Virus record (IMG/VR): IMGVR_UViG_3300021979_000001
Location: 66,948-130,947 of that record
DNA from: a virus
Lineage: Duplodnaviria > Heunggongvirae > Uroviricota > Caudoviricetes
Direction: 5' to 3' (one strand)
Length of the DNA: 64,000 nucleotides
Part shown: piece after piece, positions 8,561 through 19,585 of the stretch
Layout: every line of letters starts with the position of its first letter
How positions within the stretch are numbered: the stretch's first letter is position 1
Notes under the pieces: model-generated
Seen by the model: the letters and a program-made list of their open reading frames with translations, nothing else
Told to the model about the DNA's origin: nothing
Database searches by the model: none
Position numbers and translations under genes: made by a program

Positions 8561-10021
8561 TTAACGATAAATGACCTTTGATACTTTATATGGATAATTA
8601 GCATCCTTATAATATGTTTTTCTTTTTGCAAGATGTCGTTTGCTGAATTTTGATGTTGAACATATGTCATAAATCCGAACGAAATCTTTATCTTTTGCTT
8701 TACGAATCCCTCTCCCGATTGATTGAATCACCCGAACAAAGGATTTCCCGGATTCCATTAGCACCAGGTTAAATATTCGAGGGATGTTAATTCCGACTGC
8801 CGCTACGCCATATGTTGCAATTAAAATCTTACCATCAGCCGTTTGAACATCGTCATATTCTTTTTTTCTGTTTTTAGTTTTCACCGTCCCATTAATAAAA
8901 ATCGAATCAGGAATAATGCTTTTTAAGAACTCACCCGTTTCAATTCGATCCACCAGAATCAACGTATTACCGGTTTCCGAAATCGCGATGCAGCTTTCGG
9001 CAATAAATGATAATCTTGCTTTATCAGTTGTCAGAAATTTATATTCCCCAGCATAATCAGAATATGACACGTGATCATCTACTAATTGCATGACATTAAC
9101 GTCGCACTTCGCCAAAACGCCCTGATCTTGCAAATCGTGTGCTTTAATTTCTCCGACCACCGGACCAAGTGATAATAAGATGTTAAAAAAATCAAAATCA
9201 TCTTTTGGGACGGTCCCGGTAAGCCCCCATCTGATCGGAACATCTGATAGGGCATTAGTTAAAAGGTCTTTCAACTCCTTTGCCTTAGCGGTATGCACTT
9301 CATCCACCATCACGCAAACCATACCCGCAACAAACTCGTCGATAGGTATATCTATTTGTTTTCGTCTGGTTTTTTTATCGAACACGGATAACGATTGCCA
9401 CGTGGAAATAGTATGTGTGTGGCCCCATTCTTTTCTGTCACCATAAAAAACACCAACATCCAAACCAAGATTTTTGTAATCTTCTTCGGTTTGTTCAACC
9501 AGTGATTTGCTCGGCACAATAACCAAGGTGCGACCATAAGGTTCACAAATCGTGGATAATGCAGCGGTTAATAGTGTTTTACCGGCACCGGTTGAAATCG
9601 ACTGGATTGATTGTAAGTTATCAAGATAACGCCGAATTGCTTCAACTTGGTAGTCACGCAAAACAATCGGCTCACCTGCAAATCTATGACCTTCGGGCCA
9701 TAATTTGTGAGATAGCATCGTTTCTGATACTTCTGGGAACGAAAAATTTAATTGTGGACGACGATCATCCAGTTCAATCTCATATCCATGTTCCAGCACA
9801 ATTGGAAGGACATATTCCAATAAATTTACGTAAGTTCCGCCACCAATAGTAGCGAAATTAACCTTCCCATCCCATCTTCCCATTTTGAAAGACGGAACGT
9901 GCCGAGCGTATGGACAGAAAAAACTTAATTTTTCAGTAATTTTCCGACGAATAATCGGGTCTAATCCATCAAATTTAACATTTACTTGATCTAATATTTT
10001 TAAGGTGCAAGTATTCATCAA
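8561..10021 (-). CDS. uvsW: UvsW-like SF2 DNA helicase
   Basis: LRDYQ, STGAGKT (Walker A), VDEVH, GLTGT, GINIPR, IQSIGRGIR. Confidence 0.92.
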   Translation of the reverse strand: MMNTCTLKILDQVNVKFDGLDPIIRRKITEKLSFFCPYARHVPSFKMGRWDGKVNFATIGGGTYVNLLEYVLPIVLEHGYEIELDDRRPQLNFSFPEVSETMLSHKLWPEGHRFAGEPIVLRDYQVEAIRRYLDNLQSIQSISTGAGKTLLTAALSTICEPYGRTLVIVPSKSLVEQTEEDYKNLGLDVGVFYGDRKEWGHTHTISTWQSLSVFDKKTRRKQIDIPIDEFVAGMVCVMVDEVHTAKAKELKDLLTNALSDVPIRWGLTGTVPKDDFDFFNILLSLGPVVGEIKAHDLQDQGVLAKCDVNVMQLVDDHVSYSDYAGEYKFLTTDKARLSFIAESCIAISETGNTLILVDRIETGEFLKSIIPDSIFINGTVKTKNRKKEYDDVQTADGKILIATYGVAAVGINIPRIFNLVLMESGKSFVRVIQSIGRGIRKAKDKDFVRIYDICSTSKFSKRHLAKRKTYYKDANYPYKVSKVIYR

Positions 10022-10126
10022 TATTATTTCTCACATTATTCATTGTATTTAATTACTTTCAGTAACAATAATTTACGACAATTCACCAGATAGAAGCAAT
10101 AAATTTCGCATAACTAACTGATTTTG

Positions 10127-11587
10127 TTACACAAAATGGATTTTGCTGCCAGAATATGCATGTTCAATTACCGGAATATCACACACCATCTTAAATTTAG
10201 CATCCCATTGGCGATAATTATTACTATTAATAAACAGGTCTTTGAATTTTTCATACGATAACCACTCGTCATTAATCGCGGCGGTGTATTCATATATTGA
10301 GTATAAATCACCCACAGACGACAACACATTTGTCGTATTACAAATAATAAATGTGTTATGAAACACAATGATATTGTGCTGAAATAATAATTTCCCGCCC
10401 TTGGTTATAGCATTAGATGATATTTGCATTAGGGCATGTCGGGGATACCCGATAGAAAACCAGTCATAAATTTTGTGTAATATTGGTTCATTTTGATCCA
10501 GTGGCACGAAATATATGGAATACCCCGGTTTAAAAGATGACATCTGATCAATCTTAATTTTTGATCGGCCACATGTTAACATGCATTGAGAAACTGATGG
10601 ATACTCGTCATTAATATATGCAGAAATATTGATCAATGATTTCCGATTGCCATAAATGACAAGAGGAAATTTTCCACTAGACATACAATACCGCAATGCA
10701 TATTGGTATGTGTTCTCACCATATAATATCCCCCGGCCAAATTGTTTCGATAACACACGGGCCGTGATCGTTTCTTTTTCCGACATATGGGGGTATTCGA
10801 TATGTTTAACAATTTCGGATCGATCAATCTGCGTTTGTTCTGGATATGTATCCAATAAATCCAAACCATTGTGACTGGTCTTGGGAAATGAATGTGGGGT
10901 ATCATTAATTGTAATTGTTAGGGTATCATCAACAATTGTATGATGAAATTCCAATGGTTTGAATGATTGTTTAGTGAAAATTGACAAGAAATCGGTAATT
11001 GCATCACAGACGGTTACCGTATTTTCACCGATAAACTTTATAATTGCGGCAGTTGAGTTATCCGTAACCGAACAATATATTTTTTTATGAAATCCGTCTT
11101 GAATGTATTGAACATTCGTAATTCCAGAAATATACGAATTGAAGTGTTTCCGATCAGAATCGGAAATCGAAATAACGAACATTCCATCATAAAGATCAAT
11201 ACTTGGTGTAATATCAGGAACAACATTCGAATAAAAACCATTATTTTTAATCACATCGACATCAATCCCCTTATCGCGCAACCGAGGTGAATATTTATCG
11301 AACATATTTAAAATTTTTGTTTTATGATACACTGAAATATTCAGGGGAATAGAATATTTTTCTTCGGCACAAAAAGAAATATCAATGGTTCGAATCAAGG
11401 GTAACCCCTGGGACTGATCGTAATCATTATTACCAAATACAACTTTTTTGATGGAATTTATCAGTCCTATATCGTATTTGCTTATGGACACTAAGTCAGA
11501 CAATCCACGAAAAACGAACATATCAACATGCATATTCAAATATGGTTCTAGCCAGGCGTCCGTATGTCGAGGTGTTAACATGACCAT
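10127..11587 (-). CDS. Hypothetical protein
   Basis: 486-aa ORF, no motif recognised. Confidence 0.7.
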   Translation of the reverse strand: MVMLTPRHTDAWLEPYLNMHVDMFVFRGLSDLVSISKYDIGLINSIKKVVFGNNDYDQSQGLPLIRTIDISFCAEEKYSIPLNISVYHKTKILNMFDKYSPRLRDKGIDVDVIKNNGFYSNVVPDITPSIDLYDGMFVISISDSDRKHFNSYISGITNVQYIQDGFHKKIYCSVTDNSTAAIIKFIGENTVTVCDAITDFLSIFTKQSFKPLEFHHTIVDDTLTITINDTPHSFPKTSHNGLDLLDTYPEQTQIDRSEIVKHIEYPHMSEKETITARVLSKQFGRGILYGENTYQYALRYCMSSGKFPLVIYGNRKSLINISAYINDEYPSVSQCMLTCGRSKIKIDQMSSFKPGYSIYFVPLDQNEPILHKIYDWFSIGYPRHALMQISSNAITKGGKLLFQHNIIVFHNTFIICNTTNVLSSVGDLYSIYEYTAAINDEWLSYEKFKDLFINSNNYRQWDAKFKMVCDIPVIEHAYSGSKIHFV

Positions 11588-11795
11588 AAATGTCCTTTTT
11601 GCTGCGCGGGGATCAGATACCGAACCATCTACAATTTTCGTTACCTTGTCAATACATTATCACCAATTCCGTCGTTTTCAAAAAAACCTGCATTTACAAC
11701 GAGTTAACAACCATTGATTTTTTTTAGTGCGTATCGTCCGAAAACTATGGTATCCTATATTTTACCGTTATATACAAACACAAATGGATTGACAC

Positions 11796-12035
11796 ATGAT
11801 ATATTATAACAAAATTGACTGGAACCAAGCCAGTAAACTTGGATTAATCCAACGGATCAATTCCGAAATTCTGCATCCACTGGGATTAGCAATGACACGC
11901 AATACGACTACCGGGGCGAGCGATTTCATTCTTGTCGCGGAAGATGGGCATTATGAATATTCCGATGATGTTGTTATCAAACCGATCTTAACCAAAGAAG
12001 AAATTCAAGAAAAAATTAATAAACCCGGCGACTGA
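11796..12035 (+). CDS. Conserved small phage protein
   Basis: DWNQASKLGLIQRINSEILHPLGLAM motif that I recall from many phages. Confidence 0.7.
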   Translation: MIYYNKIDWNQASKLGLIQRINSEILHPLGLAMTRNTTTGASDFILVAEDGHYEYSDDVVIKPILTKEEIQEKINKPGD

Positions 12036-12068
12036 ACAAATAACTCCCATGAGTTTACTAATTTAATT

Positions 12069-12305
12069 ATGAAAGTAAGTGACATGTCCGATTATACGAA
12101 ACTTTTTTTCAACTCGGTGTTTTACTATTATTTTAGTGTGCTTTTCTTCACGATATTAAACGAAATTCCGACTATCACCCAATATCAAATCGCGCAGGCA
12201 TTGGTGTTTTTCATAATTGGTCTAATCGGAAACGTTGTGATCACCCTGAAACTATTCATGCTCACTGAAACCATTATGTCCAAAATTATAAATGATGGTG
12301 CATAA
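12069..12305 (+). CDS. Small membrane protein
   Basis: 78 aa with two hydrophobic segments. Confidence 0.55.
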   Translation: MKVSDMSDYTKLFFNSVFYYYFSVLFFTILNEIPTITQYQIAQALVFFIIGLIGNVVITLKLFMLTETIMSKIINDGA

Positions 12306-12420
12306 TTATGTTTATCTCTAACATGGTAAAATAATCCACGAACATGTTGACAACCATTATATCGTGTGAATATATGGACGGGCATTCATTTTAACCGCGA
12401 ATTAGATGGATGCACAACAG

Positions 12421-12505
12421 AAATGGCGTTGAGTTGTAAGCCCCCCCTTTGACTCAACGCCATTTTTATATCTGGACATAAAAAAGCGGGGGAAATTTCC
12501 CCCGC
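12421..12505. terminator. Pair of terminator hairpins between convergent genes
   Basis: 14-bp stem AAATGGCGTTGAGT/ACTCAACGCCATTT (12421-12465) and perfect palindrome GCGGGGGAAATTTCCCCCGC (12486-12505) with an A-tract. Confidence 0.7.
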
Positions 12506-12525
12506 CTGGCATTGACCGTTTTTGC

Positions 12526-12954
12526 TTAATTTTCGGAATAAACGACAGTCTTTTCAATGCTGTCATAAAATTCATTGGTAAGATTCTGGATACGTTCATC
12601 CAAATCTTGCCGTTGATCCTGGGTGAGACGGGGGCGCTTTGGTGCTGCTGCGGTCCGATTAATTTTGAACATAGAACACCCCCAGCGGAGTTTCATAAAC
12701 GCCATGTCCGTCCGGGTTAAAGTCTCCAACAAGATGCTGTCAACATACCGGTGCCCGTCTTTATGACGGTAGGTTTGCACCCGATACCGACATCCTTCGG
12801 ATTCTTCCATGTAACGTTCTTTTAACCATTCGACGATTTCTTCGGCGGGTATGGTATTATCGTTTATCCATACTTGATGTTTATAAATATACCATTTTGG
12901 TTCGTCACGAACATTCCGCTTCATATCTTTCAGAACGGTATTGATCTTAGTCAT
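12526..12954 (-). CDS. Hypothetical protein (DMAFMKLRWG motif)
   Basis: 142-aa ORF, SD GAGG upstream. Confidence 0.7.
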   Translation of the reverse strand: MTKINTVLKDMKRNVRDEPKWYIYKHQVWINDNTIPAEEIVEWLKERYMEESEGCRYRVQTYRHKDGHRYVDSILLETLTRTDMAFMKLRWGCSMFKINRTAAAPKRPRLTQDQRQDLDERIQNLTNEFYDSIEKTVVYSEN

Positions 12955-13008
12955 AGTTAACCATCCCTCAACATTAATTGAATGTCCCGATTATACACCA
13001 AAAATAAT

Positions 13009-13046
13009 AAAAAACAACCCATGAAATAAACATGGGTTGTTTTTTT
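13009..13046 (-). terminator. Intrinsic terminator after uvsY
   Basis: AAAAACAACCCATG / CATGGGTTGTTTTT. Confidence 0.75.
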
Positions 13047-13504
13047 TAAATAATGGAGTCTTCAAGTCCCGCAACACGTAGCTTTGTCACATTTGTTAGC
13101 TGAAAGTGCATATACTCCCACCCTTTGGTAAGACTAACAAATTTGTCCCGCACCACGCACATATGCAAACGCAATTCACTCATTGCAATTACTTCTTTAT
13201 CGCCTTCGGCATATCGTCTTGCTGCATGTTCACTTAGACTTCTGGGATAATGCTCGGTATAGTGTTTAATCCGTTCCGTCATAATTTTCGTTCGTTGCAA
13301 ATCAAGATATTGCATAATCGCTTCGATTTCGTAAAGTTGCGCAGTTCGGTGCTGAACAACACCAGAAATTCGTTGTGCAAGTGATTCAATTCGCCCGTCA
13401 AATGGTATTTCATTCCTGGCAATCTCATATTCAGATTCAAAATAATCGAATGCATCTACAACATGATCGATATTATCTGTAACTTTACGATACCATTTTG
13501 ACAT
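13046..13504 (-). CDS. uvsY: UvsY recombination mediator
   Basis: Helical protein with HYTEHYPRSLS..AARRYAEGD and FQLTNVTKLRVAGLED; next to uvsX; start set at MSKW. Confidence 0.8.
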   Translation of the reverse strand: MSKWYRKVTDNIDHVVDAFDYFESEYEIARNEIPFDGRIESLAQRISGVVQHRTAQLYEIEAIMQYLDLQRTKIMTERIKHYTEHYPRSLSEHAARRYAEGDKEVIAMSELRLHMCVVRDKFVSLTKGWEYMHFQLTNVTKLRVAGLEDSII

Positions 13505-13506
13505 TT

Positions 13507-13743
13507 TTAATCCTCGAACCAATAATCATCATCTGGTTCATCATCTTCATATTCATATACTTCACGATATGCATTTGCCAAATATTGATCTTCATCAACA
13601 AGATCACGAAGATCATCTGCTTCATAGCCATTTGATTCAAACGTTCGCAGCATTTCAGTTGCAAACGATTGTTTTCTGGAATTCGTTAAATTATCTTTAA
13701 TCAAATCCCACAGTTCATACACAAGAGTCGATTCTCTATTCAT
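13507..13743 (-). CDS. Hypothetical acidic protein
   Basis: 78-aa ORF between uvsX and uvsY. Confidence 0.65.
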   Translation of the reverse strand: MNRESTLVYELWDLIKDNLTNSRKQSFATEMLRTFESNGYEADDLRDLVDEDQYLANAYREVYEYEDDEPDDDYWFED

Positions 13744-13845
13744 TTTTTTTTATCCTGACAGGTGGTTTTACTACTCACCAATAATACATAGGTATATTAT
13801 GGTATCCCCTTATTAAAGTCACCCGTAACGGTTATTAGGGATAGG

Positions 13846-13876
13846 TAATGGGACCATTATAACAATGGTCCCATTA
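13846..13876 (-). terminator. Hairpin after uvsX
   Basis: 13-bp perfect stem TAATGGGACCATT/AATGGTCCCATTA. Confidence 0.6.
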
Positions 13877-13891
13877 ATTTATCAAAGTTTA

Positions 13892-14968
13892 TTATTCGTC
13901 GTCGTCATCATCATTTTCAGAAGCAATTGCGTTTTGTTTTTCCATTTGTGCTTCAAATTCAGACATGAGTAAATTCAGACGATCAGTATCTTTGTTCCAT
14001 TCTTTTCGATACATTTTGTGTTCTGTGCCATCGAGAGACACATATTTCATCCGGTTTCCTTCTTTTACCAGAATACCGGCTTTTTCACACATTTCTACCA
14101 ACCCGGAATATGGGTTCATTCCGGTATCATATGGAATTTGGATTACGACTTCTTCAAATGGCTTCGAAAATCTGGTCTTTACAACCTTGACCTTGGAACG
14201 AATGCCGTTGATTTCTTTGGTCTTATTACCATCTTCATCCTCTTTCAGTTTCAATTTATTCATCGAAACGATGATAGATGATGCATAGATAAATCCTGAT
14301 CCACCAGATACAATGTCGTCGGGGTTGAATGTATCCTGGGATTTATAAGTATGGTTGGTTGCCACCATCCCGATAGGCCATCCATTAAACAATCGAATAC
14401 ATTGCGTAACCAACGCCTTCAACTGTTTCGCTTTACGACCCATATCACCTTTCATATCACCTTTTTCAAACTGATCTCGTTCGGTTGATGTGGTCAGCAT
14501 CCCAAGCGAGTCAATGACGAATAAAATCTTTGGCCGATCTTCTTCATCAACATTTTTATATTCGGCAACATATTGTGACATAAGAGTGTTGATCGTGGTG
14601 CCGCAATCATCTGGTGACGATACCGGAAGGCGCATAAGATTTGGATCATCAGGATCAACCCCCAGTGCCGAAATCCATGACCGATCAACCGCATCTTCCG
14701 AGTCCAAAAGAATAACAGAAATACCATTATTGATTGCGTATTTTATCAAATTACCGGAAACAAAATACGATTTACCAGACCCGGATTCCCCGGCGAAAAC
14801 CGACACTTTGCCATCCAGCGGAATACCTTTGAAGAAATCACCACTAATGCGGTAATTAAGAACGAAGTTCCCGGTATCCAGCCAGGTTTTGGGATCATGA
14901 AATCCCTCAATGATGTCCAACTTTTTGGTAATTTCTTTTCTGAATTTAGAAAAATCTAAAGGTTTCAT
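13892..14968 (-). CDS. uvsX: UvsX/RecA recombinase
   Basis: GESGSGKS Walker A, LDSE, VIDSLG, NHTY, SGGSGFIYASS. Confidence 0.95.
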   Translation of the reverse strand: MKPLDFSKFRKEITKKLDIIEGFHDPKTWLDTGNFVLNYRISGDFFKGIPLDGKVSVFAGESGSGKSYFVSGNLIKYAINNGISVILLDSEDAVDRSWISALGVDPDDPNLMRLPVSSPDDCGTTINTLMSQYVAEYKNVDEEDRPKILFVIDSLGMLTTSTERDQFEKGDMKGDMGRKAKQLKALVTQCIRLFNGWPIGMVATNHTYKSQDTFNPDDIVSGGSGFIYASSIIVSMNKLKLKEDEDGNKTKEINGIRSKVKVVKTRFSKPFEEVVIQIPYDTGMNPYSGLVEMCEKAGILVKEGNRMKYVSLDGTEHKMYRKEWNKDTDRLNLLMSEFEAQMEKQNAIASENDDDDDE

Positions 14969-15017
14969 TAAGACCTCAAATATAATTGATAATTATAGTG
15001 AAATATATTCAAAAGGA

Positions 15018-15043
15018 AAACGGGGACCATTCGGTCCCCGTTT
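15018..15043 (-). terminator. Intrinsic terminator after gp32
   Basis: AAACGGGGACC-ATTC-GGTCCCCGTTT. Confidence 0.75.
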
Positions 15044-15058
15044 CAAGATCAACCGAAA

Positions 15059-16159
15059 TTACTGGTTGCCACCACGCTGTTTAATGCGGTTCAAAATGTC
15101 TTCGGTATTTGAACGCTGGGTCGCAGCGGCCATTGCGGCGTCTGATGTGGACGCTTGGGCCGTGCTGTTGTTACCTACAGGTGATACCTGTTCAACAGTT
15201 GCCTGTTGTGCCTCGTTCACCACCGGATTATGCTGTTGGGCATACGCATTACTTGGGTTACCAAATGCTGCCTGGGTTGTTCCGTGCCCGACTGGCTGTG
15301 CCCGAAGGGGAGCGGAACTCGCGCCACCACCAGAACTGTTATTCGTTTTTGACGGATACGCACGATAATACTGACCAAACGAATCATAATCGAACGGTTT
15401 ACCAGCAAAGGAATCTTCAAACATCTGTTTGATTGCATCCATTTCAGTGCTGTCCGGGCGACGACCGAGATATTCACTAAGATCGTTAAGCCCATATTGA
15501 TCAATTGCGCTGGTTTCGGTATCAGTCAATGAGCGGGTTTCAAATGACCACTGACTGGTGTATTTCGCATGCTTGCCGTTGTTGCCTTTCATGATATTAA
15601 AATCACGGCCACCCATGTAATCAATCGGGAAGTGTTTAAATTCCGGGTTGATCAGTGAGTTTTCGATGACTTCGTAAATCATTTTACCGATGACAAATCG
15701 GCGGATCGGATTTTCCGGTGCATTTTCTTCAACCATTGCAGATGACGTAACAAAGCCCTGGAAAATGTAACTTTTCTTTTTCCAATATCGGCGGGCAATT
15801 GCTTCATCTTCTGGCCCACCATCCCAAAGATGTTTTGTGGCAGCAATGATCGGGCAACGCATGTTGTTGAACATATCCACACACGGAACCGTCACCTCAA
15901 CCTCTTTGTCAGTTGGGTAATCCCCACCAACAACACCGGCAAACGGCATTTTAATGGTTTCGCGATTTACCCAAAAGAAGGTATTATCTGGATTGGCATC
16001 AGGAAGGAAACGAACCGAGAGGGTTGAACCGGTGGGAATGTTCCAGAATGGATACATTGCATTATCACCAGTTGACTTTGATTTGGAATCACCTGTATTT
16101 TTCTGTTTTGCTTTTGCTGCGAGTAGTTTTTCTTTAATTGCTGTAAGTTTATCAGTCAT
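15059..16159 (-). CDS. gp32: Single-stranded DNA-binding protein (T4 gp32-like)
   Basis: VRFLPDA, CVDMF...CPI, YWKKKSYIFQGFV, IRRFVIG, GRDFNI; start set at MTDKL; GATAAATA at 16238-16245. Confidence 0.9.
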   Translation of the reverse strand: MTDKLTAIKEKLLAAKAKQKNTGDSKSKSTGDNAMYPFWNIPTGSTLSVRFLPDANPDNTFFWVNRETIKMPFAGVVGGDYPTDKEVEVTVPCVDMFNNMRCPIIAATKHLWDGGPEDEAIARRYWKKKSYIFQGFVTSSAMVEENAPENPIRRFVIGKMIYEVIENSLINPEFKHFPIDYMGGRDFNIMKGNNGKHAKYTSQWSFETRSLTDTETSAIDQYGLNDLSEYLGRRPDSTEMDAIKQMFEDSFAGKPFDYDSFGQYYRAYPSKTNNSSGGGASSAPLRAQPVGHGTTQAAFGNPSNAYAQQHNPVVNEAQQATVEQVSPVGNNSTAQASTSDAAMAAATQRSNTEDILNRIKQRGGNQ

Positions 16160-16708
16160 GTTAATGTTGCCTATAATTTTGCTGTTTTGATGTTGTTCAT
16201 TTGTTAATGACGGGTGAGTTTTCCCCACCAGACATTTTATTTATCTTCGTTAAACAAAGATACCAGTTCTCTGTCATAACAAAGCATCGTAGACTATGAA
16301 TTTGCAGTTAATATCAACAATCACGCTGTATTGATTAAAGTAAAAGCCAAATAAAAATCACTTATTCCGTCTCGATGAATTTGAAATTACTTCATCTAAC
16401 CGACAAAGGTCAATATTTTTGAAAAATATTCCTGTAACCTATTGTTTTTAAAAAGCTAAACGTGATTTTATATAAAAATAAAATGGTGCCCCGGTATTAA
16501 AAATGAAAAATATCCATGTTGGACACAAAATATCCGTATCAGGATGGATCGAATGTGAACACGCGTGATTAGCCGTTTTAATCGCCGTAGGGAGGGTGTT
16601 GATGAATTTGGCTAGGGTGGGTGCTATTTTTATGTAATGCCGCTGTGTGCCCAAAAAAACAGGGTTGGTGTTGATGTTTTAGTGCGATGAACGGTATGAA
16701 TGACAAAT

Positions 16709-16742
16709 AAAAACGGCAGGGTGTTTTGGTCCTGCCGTTTTT
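16709..16742 (-). terminator. Intrinsic terminator
   Basis: AAAAACGGCAGG / CCTGCCGTTTTT. Confidence 0.75.
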
Positions 16743-16760
16743 CATTCTGTTATCAATTTT

Positions 16761-18656
16761 TTAACGCGGGATGATACGTCCATTTAACCCGGAAAGTGAT
16801 CGAATCCGATCAACATACCCGTTATCATGCGTGACCTCGACTTCTGATTTCAAATCAGTATCAGGGTTTTCTTCCCGTGGCAGTAAAATATCTTCGCGGG
16901 ATAATTCGGCTTCGTCCAGGTCATCGGTATCAATGCTATCCACTGAACCGGCATCAGCATCCGTATCATATACAGTATACCCCATTTCACCCAATTCGGT
17001 TGCAATCGCATCCCACATCATATCACCATAATACGTGGTTGTTCTGCTATCAACCATTACCCCACGATCTTCGAATTTTATAGATAGATATGATTGCAGC
17101 ATCCCCATCACATATGTTTTGGTAATTTCATCGCTACTATCAGAATCGACCCATTCGATACCGGTATCATTTAAAAATTCCGATACATCAAAATCCGAAA
17201 TAATTTCATCGCCGATCCGGTAAATTTCATCTTCATCAAACCCATCTGTGGGATTGCCCCGCGCCGCACCCATCCGGGAATGCCATTCTGCTGCGTTTTT
17301 CATGGGTAAATTTACCTCATTTATAATTCTACCAATCGATGACATCCATTCATCGAACTCGCGCACGACTTCTTTGCGCGGTAAATTAGTATCCATACCA
17401 ATACCCGATAGTTTAAGTGCATGCAATGCAATGCTACGCAGTAACCGTAGTTTCTGTTCATCACGAACCGTTTCAATATTATCGCGAACGTATGATAACA
17501 GATTAAGCATTGAGTCATTTTTAACTTTAGGGATAACTGCACCCAGTTTAAACAGCATTTCACCTGTTTTATCGACGAAACTTGGGGATGACCCGTTTTC
17601 TGGCTGACCTAGTAATTCCAATTTACCATTCTTGAAATTGTCCCATGCCTGCGCATCAACATCTTTTCCAAGAATATTAATTGTGTTTGTTTTCGGTGCA
17701 AAATCAACATCTTCTGCCACAGTTCGACAAACAGTTTCAAGAATATTAGTGTCAGTAATGAGATTTGAAAGAGTTTCATTGACAATCGCAGAAATATTTT
17801 CAGGAATAGTAAAGGTTTCTTCACCTTCGGTTAACGCGGTTACTTCTTCCTTGATTTTTTCGGCTTCATCATCATAACTGGTGCCCCGTGCAATACGCGA
17901 AAATTGGTTTCGCATGTTTTTCATCTTGCATCGGCAAGATTCGCGAATATCCATTGCCGCTACTGGTAATGAAGAACGATTACCATATACCGTCCTCGCA
18001 CATGTCGCCAGGCTAGAATAATCACTTGCCATGCGTAAAATCTGCTTACCAACCGCATCCGCAAAATCCCCACCCTGACTAATATGCTGCGTCATTGCGC
18101 GGGCCGATCCCAAATTATTTTCAGGAAAAAGCATTCTCTCACCAATTGAATTTTCGATGAAAATCTGATCAATGTTGCGGGACCGGGAACCGATCACGTC
18201 TTCGTTTACTTTTGCAGTATGACGAACAATCATTTTCGCATTTTCTAACTTTAGATAAGAACTGCGAGATGTTCCATACATGCCTTCAACTAATTTCATA
18301 TTATTATTCCTATTTTCGATGACCGAATGTTTGGTCGCAAACTGCTTTGGGGTTAATTCGTGGCCGTATCGTTTAACTTCACTTAATATATTATATTTTG
18401 TGGCAATAGTTCTAATTGTGTTGATAAATCCTTCAACATCTTTGATATTTGTCGATTTACTTAAATGCACACGGATACGGCTATCATCACCATCATCAAT
18501 GATCGACACCAGCATATTTTCTGGCTTGGCAAACATCCGACGGGCATCATCCGGTTCATATACTTGGTTACCATCCTCGTCATATAGCATTACCGTGTAA
18601 TCATATGCGCGCAGCGTTCTAAATACCTCGCTCGCGGTCTCACCAAAATCAATCAC
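16761..18656 (-). CDS. Probable virion (head-internal) structural protein
   Basis: GSRSRNIDQIFIEN..GER..FP..NLGSARAM core; multiple (I/L/V)-x-E sites; ends RIRSLSGL. Start likely GTG 18656 (SD GGAG; GATAAATA at 18683-18690). Confidence 0.6.
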   Translation of the reverse strand: MIDFGETASEVFRTLRAYDYTVMLYDEDGNQVYEPDDARRMFAKPENMLVSIIDDGDDSRIRVHLSKSTNIKDVEGFINTIRTIATKYNILSEVKRYGHELTPKQFATKHSVIENRNNNMKLVEGMYGTSRSSYLKLENAKMIVRHTAKVNEDVIGSRSRNIDQIFIENSIGERMLFPENNLGSARAMTQHISQGGDFADAVGKQILRMASDYSSLATCARTVYGNRSSLPVAAMDIRESCRCKMKNMRNQFSRIARGTSYDDEAEKIKEEVTALTEGEETFTIPENISAIVNETLSNLITDTNILETVCRTVAEDVDFAPKTNTINILGKDVDAQAWDNFKNGKLELLGQPENGSSPSFVDKTGEMLFKLGAVIPKVKNDSMLNLLSYVRDNIETVRDEQKLRLLRSIALHALKLSGIGMDTNLPRKEVVREFDEWMSSIGRIINEVNLPMKNAAEWHSRMGAARGNPTDGFDEDEIYRIGDEIISDFDVSEFLNDTGIEWVDSDSSDEITKTYVMGMLQSYLSIKFEDRGVMVDSRTTTYYGDMMWDAIATELGEMGYTVYDTDADAGSVDSIDTDDLDEAELSREDILLPREENPDTDLKSEVEVTHDNGYVDRIRSLSGLNGRIIPR

Positions 18657-18762
18657 AATTTGTTCTCCACATTTCTTGGTTTTATTTATCAAGTTATCTC
18701 TTTGACATTCCCGGCTAATATGATATGAATTATTGTATCACTTTGTTTTTTGAGTTTATGTC

Positions 18763-19575
18763 ATGTCATTTATTTTAACTGAAACATTGGTTTGTCGGTC
18801 ACTGAACAGTTTCGTTGAATATTTGTGTAATACCAAATTTACCACAGAAATGTATCCAATCCAATGGGATACCAACCATGGTAAACAAGTTTCGTATCTC
18901 GTGAATATTCTTAAGAAAATGGAAATGACAGCAATTATGCGGACAAAACGCTTTTTGCTTATCTCATACCAGCGGGGAAGTCGAGCCAAGTGGCAGGAAA
19001 AACCAAATCCATCATTTACAGAAACGTATTGCACGTTTCATGAACATCGCCCTAATATGTCGGTTTCATTATTCAACAATATTGGTAATATGATTTTTTC
19101 TATTTTAGAAAACCCATATTTCGGTGATGTTATCATCGATCTTAAAGAGGCGAAATCCTATAGCGTTCAAAATTTTTTCAGTAAATCAACGAATAAGACA
19201 ATCCAGGTCGCCATCGATCATGCAAAACAAAATTTCAATGACAAACTTAATGCAGAATTGATGTTTGCAATTAAAGTGGGTTGCAACGCCAATTTTTTCA
19301 GTAAAACATATAATCTTACGTTTCGTGCCATAATGGAAATCGGGTTTTCATTTTATAAAAGCAATGTTAACCCGAAAAATTTCAAATATATCGTCTATGT
19401 CGCAAGTGATACTAATGAATTTCAAAATTATATTTCATTATATGTAAATAAACGTCAGTTTAAACAAAATGTTTTGTTGTTAGCAATACCCGATTATAAT
19501 GAACTGTTATTATTTTATCTAGCACATAGTGACAAAAATATCAGAGCAATTGATATTACAATCGGGTTAGACTAA
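18763..19575 (+). CDS. Hypothetical protein
   Basis: 270-aa ORF, no motif recognised. Confidence 0.6.
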   Translation: MSFILTETLVCRSLNSFVEYLCNTKFTTEMYPIQWDTNHGKQVSYLVNILKKMEMTAIMRTKRFLLISYQRGSRAKWQEKPNPSFTETYCTFHEHRPNMSVSLFNNIGNMIFSILENPYFGDVIIDLKEAKSYSVQNFFSKSTNKTIQVAIDHAKQNFNDKLNAELMFAIKVGCNANFFSKTYNLTFRAIMEIGFSFYKSNVNPKNFKYIVYVASDTNEFQNYISLYVNKRQFKQNVLLLAIPDYNELLLFYLAHSDKNIRAIDITIGLD

Positions 19576-19585
19576 TAATCAAAAC

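Noticed and set aside
12882-12889. Perfect TATAAATA on the plus strand
   Set aside because: Inside a minus-strand gene with no downstream plus gene or oriented terminator; chance occurrence is expected in AT-rich DNA.
16448-16654. 68-aa minus-strand ORF
   Set aside because: Non-ATG start, no SD, composition reflects the local strand skew.
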